This document shows, piece after piece, positions 28,801 to 40,650 of a DNA stretch of 64,000 nucleotides. The DNA is from the human T2T-CHM13v2.0 reference genome, Homo sapiens, in assembly GCF_009914755.1 (NCBI RefSeq), contig NC_060933.1; one strand, written 5' to 3'. Under the pieces are notes generated by a model. That model made no database searches, had not been told where the DNA came from, and saw nothing but the letters and a program-made list of their open reading frames with translations. How positions within the stretch are numbered: position 1 is the stretch's first letter; each line of letters begins with the position of its first letter. A program made the position numbers and the translations under genes.

Positions 28801-31800
28801 AATCAACACGAGTGGAATGGCATGGATGGGAATGGAATGGAATGGAATCAACCCGAGTACAGGGGAATGGAATGGAATGGAATGCAATGGAATGGAATCA
28901 TCCGTAATGGATTGGAAAGTAATGGAATGGAATGGAATGGAATGGAATGGAATGGAATGGAATGGAGTCAACTCGATTGCAATCGAATGGAATGGAATGG
29001 AATTAACCCAAATAGAATGGAATGGAATGGAATGGAACGGAACGGAATGGAATGGAATGGAATGGAATGGAACGGAACGGAACGGAATGGAATGGAATGG
29101 AATGGAATGGAATCAACGCGAGTGCAGGGGAATGGAATGGAATGGAATGCAATGGAATGGAATCTTCCGGAATGGAATGGAATGGAATGGAATGGAATGG
29201 AATGGAATGAAATGCAATGGATTCAACTCGATTGCAATGGAATGGAACAGAATGGAATGGAATGGAATGGAATGGAATTAACCCGAATAGAATGGAATGG
29301 AATGCAATGGAACGGAATGGAACGGAATGGAATGGAATGGAATGGAATGGAATGGAATGGAATGGAATGGTATGGAATGGAATGGAATGGTACGGAATAG
29401 AATGGAATGGAACGAATTGTAATGGAATGGAATTGAATGGAATGGAATGGAATCAACGCGAGTGCAGGGGAATGGAATGGAATGGAATGCAATGGAATGG
29501 AATCATCCGGAATGGAATGGAATGGAATGGAATCAACCCGAGTGCAATGGAATGGAGTGGAATGGAATGGAATGGAATGGAACAACCCGAATAGAATGGA
29601 ATGTAATGGAGAGTAAGGGAGTTGAATAGAATCAATCCGAATGTAATGGAATGGAATGGAACGGAATGGAATTGAATGGAATGGAATGGAATGGAATGGA
29701 ATGGAATCAACTCGATTGCAATCGAATGGAATGGAATGGAATTAACCCAAATAGAATGGAATGGAATGGAATGGAACGGAACGGAATGGAATGGAATGGA
29801 ATGGAATGGAATGGTATGGAATGGAATGGAATGGTACGGAATAGAATGGAATGGAACGAATTGTAATGGAATGGAATTGAATGGAATGGAATGGAATCAA
29901 CGCGAGTGCAGGGGAATGGAATGGAATGGAATGCAATGGAATGGAATCATCCGGAATGGAATGGAATGGAATGGAATCAACCCGAGTGCAATGGAATGGA
30001 GTGGAATGGAATGGAATGGAATGGAACAACCCGAATAGAATGGAATGTAATGGAGAGTAAGGGAGTTGAATAGAATCAATCCGAATGTAATGGAATGGAA
30101 TGGAACGGAATGGAATTGAATGGAATGGAATGGAATGGAATGGAATGGAATCAACTCGATTGCAATCGAATGGAATGGAATGGAATTAACCCAAATAGAA
30201 TGGAATGGAATGGAATGGAACGGAACGGAATGGAATGGAATGGAATGGAATGGAATGGAACGGAACGGAACGGAACGGAATGGAATGGAACGGAATGGAA
30301 TGGAATGGAATGGAATCAATGCGAGTGCAGGGGAATGGAATGGAATGGAATGCAATGGAATGGAATCATCCGGAATGGAATGGAATGGAATGGAATGGAA
30401 GGGAATGGAATGGAATCAACTCGATTTCAATGGAATGGAATGGAATAGAATGGAATGGAATTAACACGAATAGAATGGAATGGAATGGAATTGAATGGAA
30501 CAGAAAGGAATGGAATGGAATGGAATGGAATCAACCCACTTGCAGGGGAATGGAATGGAATGGAATTCAATGGAATGGAATCATCCGGAATGGAATGGAA
30601 TGGAATGGAATGGAATGGAATGGAATGGAATCAACCCGAGTGCAATGGAATGGAGAGGAATGGAATGGAATGGAATGGAAACTACACGAATCGAATGGAA
30701 TGTAATGGAGTGTAAGGGAATTGAATAGAATGAATCCGAATGGAATGGAATGGAATGGAATCAACGCGAGTGCAGGGGAATGGAATGTAATGGAATGCAA
30801 TGGAATGGAATCTTCCGGAATGGAATGGAATGGAATGGAATGCAATGGATTCAACTCGATTGCAATGGAATGGAATAGAATGGAATGGAATGGAATGGAA
30901 TGGAATTAACCCGAATAGAATGGAATGGAATGGAACGGAATGGAACGGAACGGAATGGAATGGAATGGAATGGAATGGAATGGAATGGAATGGAATGGAA
31001 TGGTGGGGAATGGAATGGAATGGAATGGAATCAACGCGAGTGCAGGGGAATGTAATGGAAAAGAATGTAATGGAATGGAATCATCCGGAACGCAATGGAA
31101 TGGAATGGAATGGAATGGAATCAACCCGAGTGCAATGGAATGGAGTGGAATGGAATGGAATGGAATGGAACAACCCGAATGGAATGGAATGTAATGGAGT
31201 GTAAGGGAGTTGAATAGAATCAATCCGAATGTAATGGAATGGAATGGAACGGAATGGAATGGAATGGAATGGAATGCAATTGAATGGAATCAACCCGAGT
31301 ACAATGGAATGGAATGGAATGGAATGGAATGGAATGGAATGGAATGGAATGGAATGGCTTCAAACCGAATGGAAAGGAAAGGAATGGAATCAACACAAGT
31401 GGAATGGAATGGAATGGAATGGAATGCAATCGAATGGAATGGAATGGTATGGAATAGAATGGAATGGAAAGAAATGGAATGGAATGGAATCGTTCCGAGT
31501 GGAATAGGAGGGAATGTATTCGAGTGGATTGGAAAGGAATGGAATCAACCAGAGCGGAATGGAAGGGAATGGAATGGAATGGAAACTAATAGAATGGAAT
31601 CAACCCGAGTGGAATGGAATGGAAAGGACTGGAATGGAATGGAACGGAATGGAATGGAATGGAATGGAATGGAATTAACCCAAATACAATGGAATGGAAT
31701 GGAATGGAACGGAATGGAGTGGAATGGAATGGAATCAACCCGAGTGCAGGGGAATGGAATGGAATGGAATGGAATGCAATGGAATGGAATCATCCGGAAT

Positions 31801-31960
31801 GGAATGGAATGGAATGGAATGCAAAGCAATGGAATCAACTCGATTGCAATGGAATGGAATGGACTGGAAAGGAATACATTGGAATCAACCCGAGTGGAAT
31901 GGAATGGAAAGGACTGGAATGGAGTGGAATGGAATGGAATGGAATGGAATGGAATCAACT
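16860..31960 (+). repeat. Near-identical tandem duplication, unit about 7.32 kb (about 16860-24185 and 24185-31960, second copy expanded)
   Basis: Private variants are shared at about 7.33 kb offset: CAACGCGACTGC (17158/24492), CCGAAAGTAAT (17357/24691), GGCGTGGATT (17537/24871), 4-nt GGAT unit (about 17797/25131), CAAGTCGATT (19808/27147), GCAGCGG (20263/27597). The offset jumps to about 7763 after 29.8 kb (ORF pairs 22332/30095, 23037/30800). Confidence 0.9.
29369..30256 (+). repeat. Nested 444-bp tandem duplication within the second 7.3-kb copy
   Basis: GGTATGG...GGTACGG occurs at 29369 and 29813, and TAACCCAAATAG at 29743 and 30187. Identical ORFs lie at 29447 and 29891. Only one copy is present at the homologous site near 22050-22500. 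Confidence 0.88.
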
Positions 31961-34900
31961 CGATTGGAATGGAATGGAATGGAATGGAATGGAATGGAAT
32001 TAACCCGAATAGAATGGAATGGAATTAAATGGAACGGAACGGAATGAAATGGAATGGAATGGAATGGAATGGAATGGAATGGAATTGAATGGAATCAACC
32101 CGACTGCAGGGGAATGGAATGGAATGGAATGCAATGGAATGGATTCAACTTGAATGGAATGGAAAGAATGGAATCAACACGAGTGGAATGGCATGGATTG
32201 CAATGGAATGGAATGGAATGAACCCGAGTACAGGGGAATGGAATGGAATGGAATGCAATGGAATGGAATCATACGTAACGGAATGGAAAGGAATGGAATG
32301 GAATGGAATGGAATGGAATGGAATGGAATGGAATGGAATCAACTCGATTGCAATCGAATGGAATGGAATGGAATTAACCCGAATAGAATGGAATGGAATG
32401 GAATGGAACGGAACGGAACGGAACGGAATGGAATGGAATGGAATGGAATGGAACGGAAAGGAACGGAATGGAATGGAATGGAATGGAATGGAAGGGAATC
32501 AACGCGAGTGCAGGGGAATGGAATGAAATGGAATGCAATGGAATGGAATCTTCCGGAATGGAATGGAATGGAATGGAATGGAATCAACCCGAGTGCAATG
32601 GAATGGAGTGGAATTGAATGGAATGGAATGTAACAACCCGCATGGAATGGAATGTAATGGAGAGTAAGGGAGTTGAATAGAATCATTCCGAATGTAATGG
32701 AATGGAATGGAACGGAATGGAATTGAATGGAATGCAATGGAATGGAATCAACCCGTGTGCAATGGAATGGAGAGGAATGGAATGGAATGGAATGGAAACT
32801 ACCCGAATGGAATGGAATGTAATGGAGTGTAAGGGAATTGAATAGAATCAATCTGAATGTAATGGAATGGAATGGAACGGAATGGAATGGAATGGAATGG
32901 AATGGAATGGAATGGAATCAACAAGAGTGCAATCGAATGGAATCGAATGGAATGCAATGCAATGGAATGGATTCAACTTGAATGGAATGGAAAGAATGGA
33001 ATCAACACGAGTGGAATGGCATGTATTGGAATGGAATGGAATGGAATCAACCCGAGTACAGGGCAATGGAATGGAATGGAATGCAATGGAATGGAATCAT
33101 CCGTAATGGAATGGAAAGGAATGGAATGGAATGGAATGGAATGGAATCAACTCGATTGCAATCGAATGGAATGGAATGGAATTAACCCAAATAGAATGGA
33201 ATGGAATGGAATGGAACGGAACGGAATGGAATGGAATGGAATGGAATGGAATGGAACGGAATGGCATGGAATCAACGCGAGTGTAGGGGAATGGAATGGA
33301 ATGGAATGCAATGGAATGGAATCTTCCGGAATGGAATGGAATGGAATGGAATGAAATGCAATGGATTCAACTCGATTGCAATGGAATGGAATAGAATGGA
33401 ATGGAATGGAATGGAATGGAATTAACCCGAATAGAATGGAATGGAATGGAATGGAACGGAATGGAATGGAATGGAATGGAATGGAATGGAATGGTATGGA
33501 ATGGAATGGAATAGTACGGAATAGAATGGAATGGAACGAATTGTAATGGAATGCAATTGAATGGAATGGAATGGAATGGAATGGAATCAACGCGAGTGCA
33601 GGGGAATGTAATGGAACGGAATGCAATGGAATGGAATCATCCGGAATGGAATGGAATGGAATGGAATGGAATCAACCCGAGTGCAATGGAATGGAGTGGA
33701 ATGGAATGGAATGGAATGGAAGAACCCGAATGGAATGGAATGGAATGGAGAGTAAGGGAGTTGAATAGAATCAATCCGAATGTAATGGAATGGAATGCAA
33801 CGGAATGGAATGGAATGGAATGCAATGGAATGCAATGGAATGGAATCAACCCGAGTACAATGGAATGGAATGGAATGGAATGGAATGGAATGGAATGGAA
33901 TGGAATGGAATGGAATTGAATGGATTGGAATGCCTTCAAACCGAATGGAATGGAAAGGAATGGAATCAACACGAGTGGAATGGAATGGAATGGAAAGGAA
34001 TGGAATGGAATGGAATGGTACGGAATAGAATGGAATGGAACGAAATGGAATGGAATGGAATGGAATAGAATGGAATCGTTCAGAGTGGAATAGGAGGGAA
34101 CGTATTCGAGTGGAATGGAAAGGAATGGAATCAACCAGAGTGGAATGGAAGGGAATGGAATGGAATGGAAACTAATAGAATGGAATCAACCCGAGTGGAA
34201 TGGAATGGAAAGGACTGGAATGGAATGGAATGGAATGGAATCAACTCGATTGTAATGGATTGGAATGGAATGGAATTGAATGGAACGGAATGGAATTAAC
34301 CCTAATACAACGGAATGGAATGGAATGGAACGGAATGGAGTGGAATGGAATGGAATCAACCCGAGTGCAGGGGAATGGAATGGAATGGAATGCAATGGAA
34401 TGGAATTATCCGGAATGGAATGGAATGGAATGGAATGCAAAGCAATGGAATCAACTCGATTGCAATGGAATGGAATGGAATGGAAAGGAATACATTGGAA
34501 TCAACCCGAGTGGAATGGAATGGAAAGGACTGGAATGGAGTGGAATGGAATGGAATGGAATGGAATGGAATCAACTCGATTGGAATGGAATGGAATGGAA
34601 TGGAATGGAATGGAATGGAGTTAAACCGAATAGAATGGATTGGAATTAAATGGAAAGGAACGGAATGGAATGGAATGGAATGGAATGGAATGGAATCAAC
34701 CCGACTGAAGGGGAATGGAATGGAATGGAATGCAATGGAATGGACTCAACTTGAATGGAATGGAAAGAATGGAATCAACAAGAGTGGAATGGCATGGATT
34801 GCAATGGAATGGAATGGAATCAACCCGAGTACAGGGGAATGGAATGGAATGGAATGCAATGGAATGGAATCATCCGTAATGGAATGGAAAGGAATGGAAT

Positions 34901-37685
34901 GGAATGGAATGGAATGGAATAGAATGGAAAGGAATCAACTCGATTTCAATGGAATGGAATGGAATGGAATTAACCCGAATAGAATGGAATGGAATGGAAT
35001 GGAAGGGAATGGAACGGAATGGAATGGAATGGAATGGAATGGAACGGAACGGAACGGAATGGAATGGAATGGAATGGAATCAACGCGAGAGCAGGGGAAT
35101 GGAATGTAATGGAATGCAATGGAATGGAATCTTCCGGAATGGAATGGAATGGAATGGAATCAACCCGAGTGCAATGGAATGGAGTGGAATGGAATGGAAT
35201 GGAATGGAACAACCCGAATGGAATGGAATGTAATGGAGAGTAAGGGAGTTGAATAGAATCAATCCGAATGTAATGGAATGGAATGCAACGGAATGGAATG
35301 GAATGGAATGGAATGGAATGGAATGGAATGCAATGGAATGGAATCAACCCGAGTACAATGGAATGGAATGGAATGGAATGGAATGGAATGGAATCAACTC
35401 GATTTCAATGGAATGGAATGGAATAGAATGGAATGGAATTAACAGGAATAGAATGGAATGGAATGGAATGGAATGGAATGGAACAGAAAGGAATGGAATG
35501 GAATGGAATCAACCCAAAAGCAGGGGAATGGAATGGAATGGAATTCAATGGAATGGAAACATCCGGAATGGAATGGAATGGAATGGAATGGAATGGAGTG
35601 GAATGGAATGGAATCAACCCGTGTGCAATGGAATGGAGAGGAATGGAATGGAATGGAATGGAATGGAATGGAATGGAACGGAAAGGAATGGAATGGAATG
35701 GAATGGAATGGAATGGAATGGAATGGAATGGAATGGAATCAACGCGAGTGCAGGGGAATGGAATGGAATGGAATGCAATGGAATGGAATCTTGCGGAATG
35801 GAATGGAATGGAATGGAATCAACCCGAGTGCAATGGAATGGAGTGGAATGGAATGGAATGGAATGGAACAACCCGAATAGAATGGAATGTAATGGAGAGT
35901 AAGGGAGTTGAATAGAATCAATCCGAATGTAATGGAATGGAATGGAACGGAATGGAATTGAATGGAATGGAATGGAATGGAATGGAATGGAATCAACTCG
36001 ATTGCAATCGAATGGAATGGAATGGAATTAACCCAAATAGAATGGAATGGAATGGAATGGAACGGAACGGAATGGAATGGAATGGAATGGAATGGAATGG
36101 AACGGAACGGAACGGAACGGAATGGAATGGAACGGAATGGAATGGAATGGAATGGAATCAATGCGAGTGCAGGGGAATGGAATGGAATGGAATGCAATGG
36201 AATGGAATCATCCGGAATGGAATGGAATGGAATGGAATGGAATGGAATGGAATGGAATAGAATGCAATGGAATGGAATCAACCCGAGTACAATGGAATGG
36301 AATGGAATGGAATGGAACGGATTGGAATGGAATGGAATGGAATGGAATGGAATTAAATGGAATGGAAAGGAATGGAATCAACCCGAGTGCAGGGGAAAGG
36401 AATGGAATGGAATGCAATGGAATGGAATGGAATGGAATGGAATGGAATGGAATGGAATCAACCCGAGTGGAATGGCATGGAATGGAATGCAAAGGAATGG
36501 AATGGAATGGAATCAACTCGAGTGGAAAGGAATGGAATGGAATGGAAAGGAATGGAATGAAATCAAGTCGAGTGGAATGGAATATAATGGAATGGATTGG
36601 AATGGATTGCAATGGAATGAAATGGAATGGAATGGAATGGAATCAATCATTCCGAGTGGAATGGAAGGGAATGTAATGGAGTGGAAAGAAGGGAATGGAA
36701 TCAACCCGAGTGGAATGCAAGGCAATGGAATGGAATGGAAAGGAATGGAATGGAATCAACTCGATTGCAATCGCATGGAATAGAATGGAATGGAATGGAA
36801 AGGAATGGAATGGAATGAAATGGGATGGAATGGAATGCAATGGAATGGAATCAACCCGAGTGCAATCGAATGGAATCGAATGGAATGGAATGCAATGGAA
36901 TGGATTCAACTTGAATGGAATGGAAAGAATGGAATCAACACGAGTGGAATGGCATGGATTGGAATGGAATGGAATGGAATCAACCCGAGTACAGGGGAAT
37001 GGAATGGAATGGAATGCAATGGAATGGAATCATCCGTAATGGAAAGGAAAGGAATGGAATGGAATGGAATGGAATGGAATGGAATGGAATCAACTCGATT
37101 GCAATCGAATGGAATGGAATGGAATTAACCCGAATAGAATGGAATGGAATGGAATGGAACGGAACGAAACGGAATGGAATGGAATGGAATGGAATGGAAT
37201 GGAACAGAAAGGAATGGAATGGAATGGAATGGAATGGAATGGAATGGAATGGAATGGAATGGAATCAACGCGAGTGCAGGAAAATGGAATGTAATGGAAT
37301 GTAATGGAATGGAATCTTCCGGAATGGAATGGAATGGAATGGAATCAACCCGAGTGCAATGGAATGGAGTGGAATGGAATGGAATGGAATGGAACAACCT
37401 GAATGGAATCGAATGTAATGGAGAGTAAGGGAGTTGAATAGAATCAATCCGAATGTAATGGAATGGAATGGAACGGAATGGAATTGAATGGAATGGAATG
37501 GAATGCAATGGAATGGAATCAACCCGAGTGCAATGGAATGGAGAGGAGGGGAATGGAATGGAGTGGAAACTACCCGAATGGAATGGAATGTAATGGAGTG
37601 TAAGGGAATTGAATAGAATCAATCCGAATGTAATGGAATGGAATGGAACGGAATGGAATGGAATGGAATGGAATGGAAAGAAGGG

Positions 37686-37713
37686 AATGGAATCAACCCG
37701 AGTTGATTCCATT
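37686..37713. other. Satellite strand-switch (inversion) breakpoint; 28-bp quasi-palindrome
   Basis: AATGGAATCAAC-CCGA-GTTGATTCCATT has 12-bp perfectly complementary arms (37686-37697 and 37702-37713). CGAGT (37699-37703) is shared by the + strand word CAACCCGAGT and the - strand word CAACTCG. ORFs crossing the site (37643..37900 +, 37619..37972 -) switch from MEWNG to IPFHS. Confidence 0.95.
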
Positions 37714-40570
37714 GCTTTGCATTCCGTTCCATTCCATTCCTTTTCATTGTATTCGGGTTAATTCCATTGCATTCCATTCCATTCCTTTCCATTCCATTCC
37801 ATTCCATTACAATGGAGTTGATTCCATTCCTTTCCATTCCATTCCATTCCATTCCAGTCCTTTCCATTCCATTCCACTCGGGTTGATTCCATTCTATTAG
37901 TTTCCATTCCATTCCATTCCCTTCCATTGCACTCTGGTTGATTCCATTCCTTTCCATTTCACTCGAATACATTCCGTCCTATTCCACTCGGAACGATTCC
38001 ATTCCATTCCATTCCATTCCATTCCATTCCATTCCATTCCATTCCATTTCGTTCCATTCCATTCTATTCCGTACCATTCCATTCCATTCCATTCCATTCC
38101 ATTCCATTCCATTCCACTCGTGTTGATTACATTCCTTTCCATTCCATTCAGTTTGAAGGCATTCCATTCCATTCAATTCCATTCCATTCCATTCCATTCC
38201 ATTCCATTCCATTCCATTCCATTCCATTGTACTCGGGTTGATTCCATTCCATTGCATTCTATTCCATTCCATTCCATTCCATTCCATTCCATTCCATTCC
38301 ATTCCGGATGATTCCATTCCATTGCATTCCATTCCATTCCATTCCATTCCCCTGCACTCGGGTTGATTACATTCCATTCCCTTCCCTTCCATTCCTTTCC
38401 ATTCCATTCCATTCCATTCTATTCGGGTGAATTCCATTCCATTCCATTCCATTCCATTCCATTCCATTCCATTCCATTCCATTCCATTCCATTCCATTGC
38501 AATCGAGTTGATTCCATTACATTCCATTCCATTCCGTTGCGGATGATTCCATTCCATTGCATTCCATTCCATTCCATTCCCCTGCAGTCGGTTTGATTCC
38601 TTTCCATTCCATTCCATTCCATTCCATTCTATTCCATTCCGTTCCATTCCGTTGCATTCCATTCTATTCGGGTTAATTCCATTCCATTCCTTTCCATTCC
38701 ATTCCAATCGAGTTAATTCCATTCCATTGCATTCCATTCCACTCCATTCCAGTCCTTTCCATTCCATTCCACTCGGGTTGATTCCATTCTATTCCTTTCC
38801 ATTCCATTCCATTGCAATAGAGTTGATTCCACTGCATTGTATTCCATTCCATTCCATTCCATTCCGGATGATTCCATTCCATTGCATTCCATTCCATTCC
38901 ATTCCCCTGCACTCGGGTTGATTCCATTCCATTCCACTCCATTCCCTTCCATTGCATTCCATTCCATTGTATTCGGGTTAATTCCATTCCATTCCATTCC
39001 ATTCCATTCCATTCCATTCCATTACAATCGAGTTGATTCCATTCCATTCCATTCCATTCCATTCCATTCCATTCCTTTCCATTCCATTCCACTCGGGTTG
39101 ATTCCATTCTATTAGTTTCCATTCCATTCCATTCCCTTCCATTCCACTCTGGTTGATTCCATTCCTTTCCATTCCACTCGAATACATTCCCTCCTATTCC
39201 CTCGGAACAATTCCATTCCATTCCATTGCATTCTATTTCATTCCATTTCGTTCCATTCCATTCTATTCCATTCTGTTCCGTTCCGTTCCATTCCATTCCA
39301 TTCCATTCTATTCGGGTTAATTCCATTCCATTCCATTCGATTGCAAACGAGTTGATTCCATTCCATTCTATTCCATTCCATTCCATTCCTTTCCATTCCA
39401 TTACGGATGATTCCATTCCATTGCATTTTATTCGATTCCATTCCCCTGTACTCGGGTTGATTCCATTCCATTCCGTTCCATTCAATTCCATTCCTTTCCA
39501 TTCCGTTCCGTTCCATTCCATTCCATTACAATCGAGTTGATTCCATTCCATTCCATTCCATTCCAGTCCTTTCCATTCCATTCCACTCGGGTTGATTCCA
39601 TTCTATTAGTTTCCATTCCATTCCATTCCCTTCCATTCCACTCTGGTTGATTCCATTCCTTTCCATTCCACTCGAATACATTCCCTCCTATTCCAATCGG
39701 AACGATTCCATTCCATTCCATTCCATTCCATTCCATTCCATTCCATTTCGTTCCATTCCATTCTATTCCGTATCATTCCATTCCATTCCATTCCATTCCA
39801 TTCCATTGTACTCGGGTTGATTCCATTCCACTGCATTCCATTCCATTCCATTCCATTCCATTCTGTTGCATTCCAATCCATGCCCTTCCACTCGGGTTGA
39901 TTTCATTCTTTCCATTCCATTCAAGTTGAATCCATTCCATTGCATTACATTCCATTCGATTCCATTCGATTGCACTCGGGTTGATTCCATTCCATTGCAT
40001 TCCATTCCATTCCATTCCATTCCATTCCATTCCGTTCCGTTCCATTCCATTACATTCGGATTGATTCTATTCAATTCCCTTACACTCCATTACATTCCAT
40101 TCCATTCGGGTAGTTTCCATTCCATTCCATTCCATTCCTCTCCATTCCATTGCACTCTGGTTGATTCCATTCCATTGCATACCATTCCATTCCATTCAAT
40201 TCCATTCCGTTCCATTCCATTCCATTACATTCGGATTGATTCTATTCAACTCCCTTACTCTCCGTTACATTCCATTCCATTCGGGTTGTTCCATTCCATT
40301 CCATTCCATTCCACTCCATTCCATTGCACTCGGGTTTATTCCATTCCATTCCATTCCATTCCATTCCATTCCATTCCATTCCATTCCTGAAGATTCCATT
40401 CCATTGCATTCCATTCCATTCCATTCCCCTGCACTCGCATTGATTCCATTGCATTCCATTCCATTCCATTCCATTCCGTTCCATTCCATTCCTTTCCGTT
40501 CCGTTCCATTCCATTCCATTCCATTCCATTCCGTTCCGTTCCGTTCCGTTCCATTCCATTCCATTCCATT

Positions 40571-40650
40571 CCATTCCGTTCCGTTCCGTTCCGTTCCGTT
40601 CCGTTCCGTTCCATTCCGTTCCGTTCCGTTCCGTTCCGTTCCGTTCCGTT
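40571..40650. repeat. (CCGTT)n variant-pentamer expansion: [CCATT(CCGTT)7] x2
   Basis: Seven CCGTT units at 40576-40610, one CCATT, then seven CCGTT at 40616-40650. Confidence 0.9.

Larger units (their letters stand above)
1..37698 (+). repeat. Human Satellite 3 (HSat3/SatIII)-type array, G-rich (GGAAT)n strand on +
   Basis: Continuous GGAAT pentamer runs interrupted by CAACCCGAGT/CAACCCGAAT, CAACTCGATTGC, CAACGCGAGTGCAGGGG, TAACCCGAATAG and GGAGAGTAAGGGAGTTGAATAGAATCAATCCG words. This matches the classical Satellite 3 consensus CAACCCGA(A/G)T(GGAAT)n. Confidence 0.97.

Noticed and set aside
37600-37800. Possible transposon insertion or perfect fold-back (mirror) duplication at the junction
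   Set aside because: There is no non-satellite sequence, poly-A or TSD. Exact complementarity extends only 12 bp and the word order on the two sides is not mirrored.
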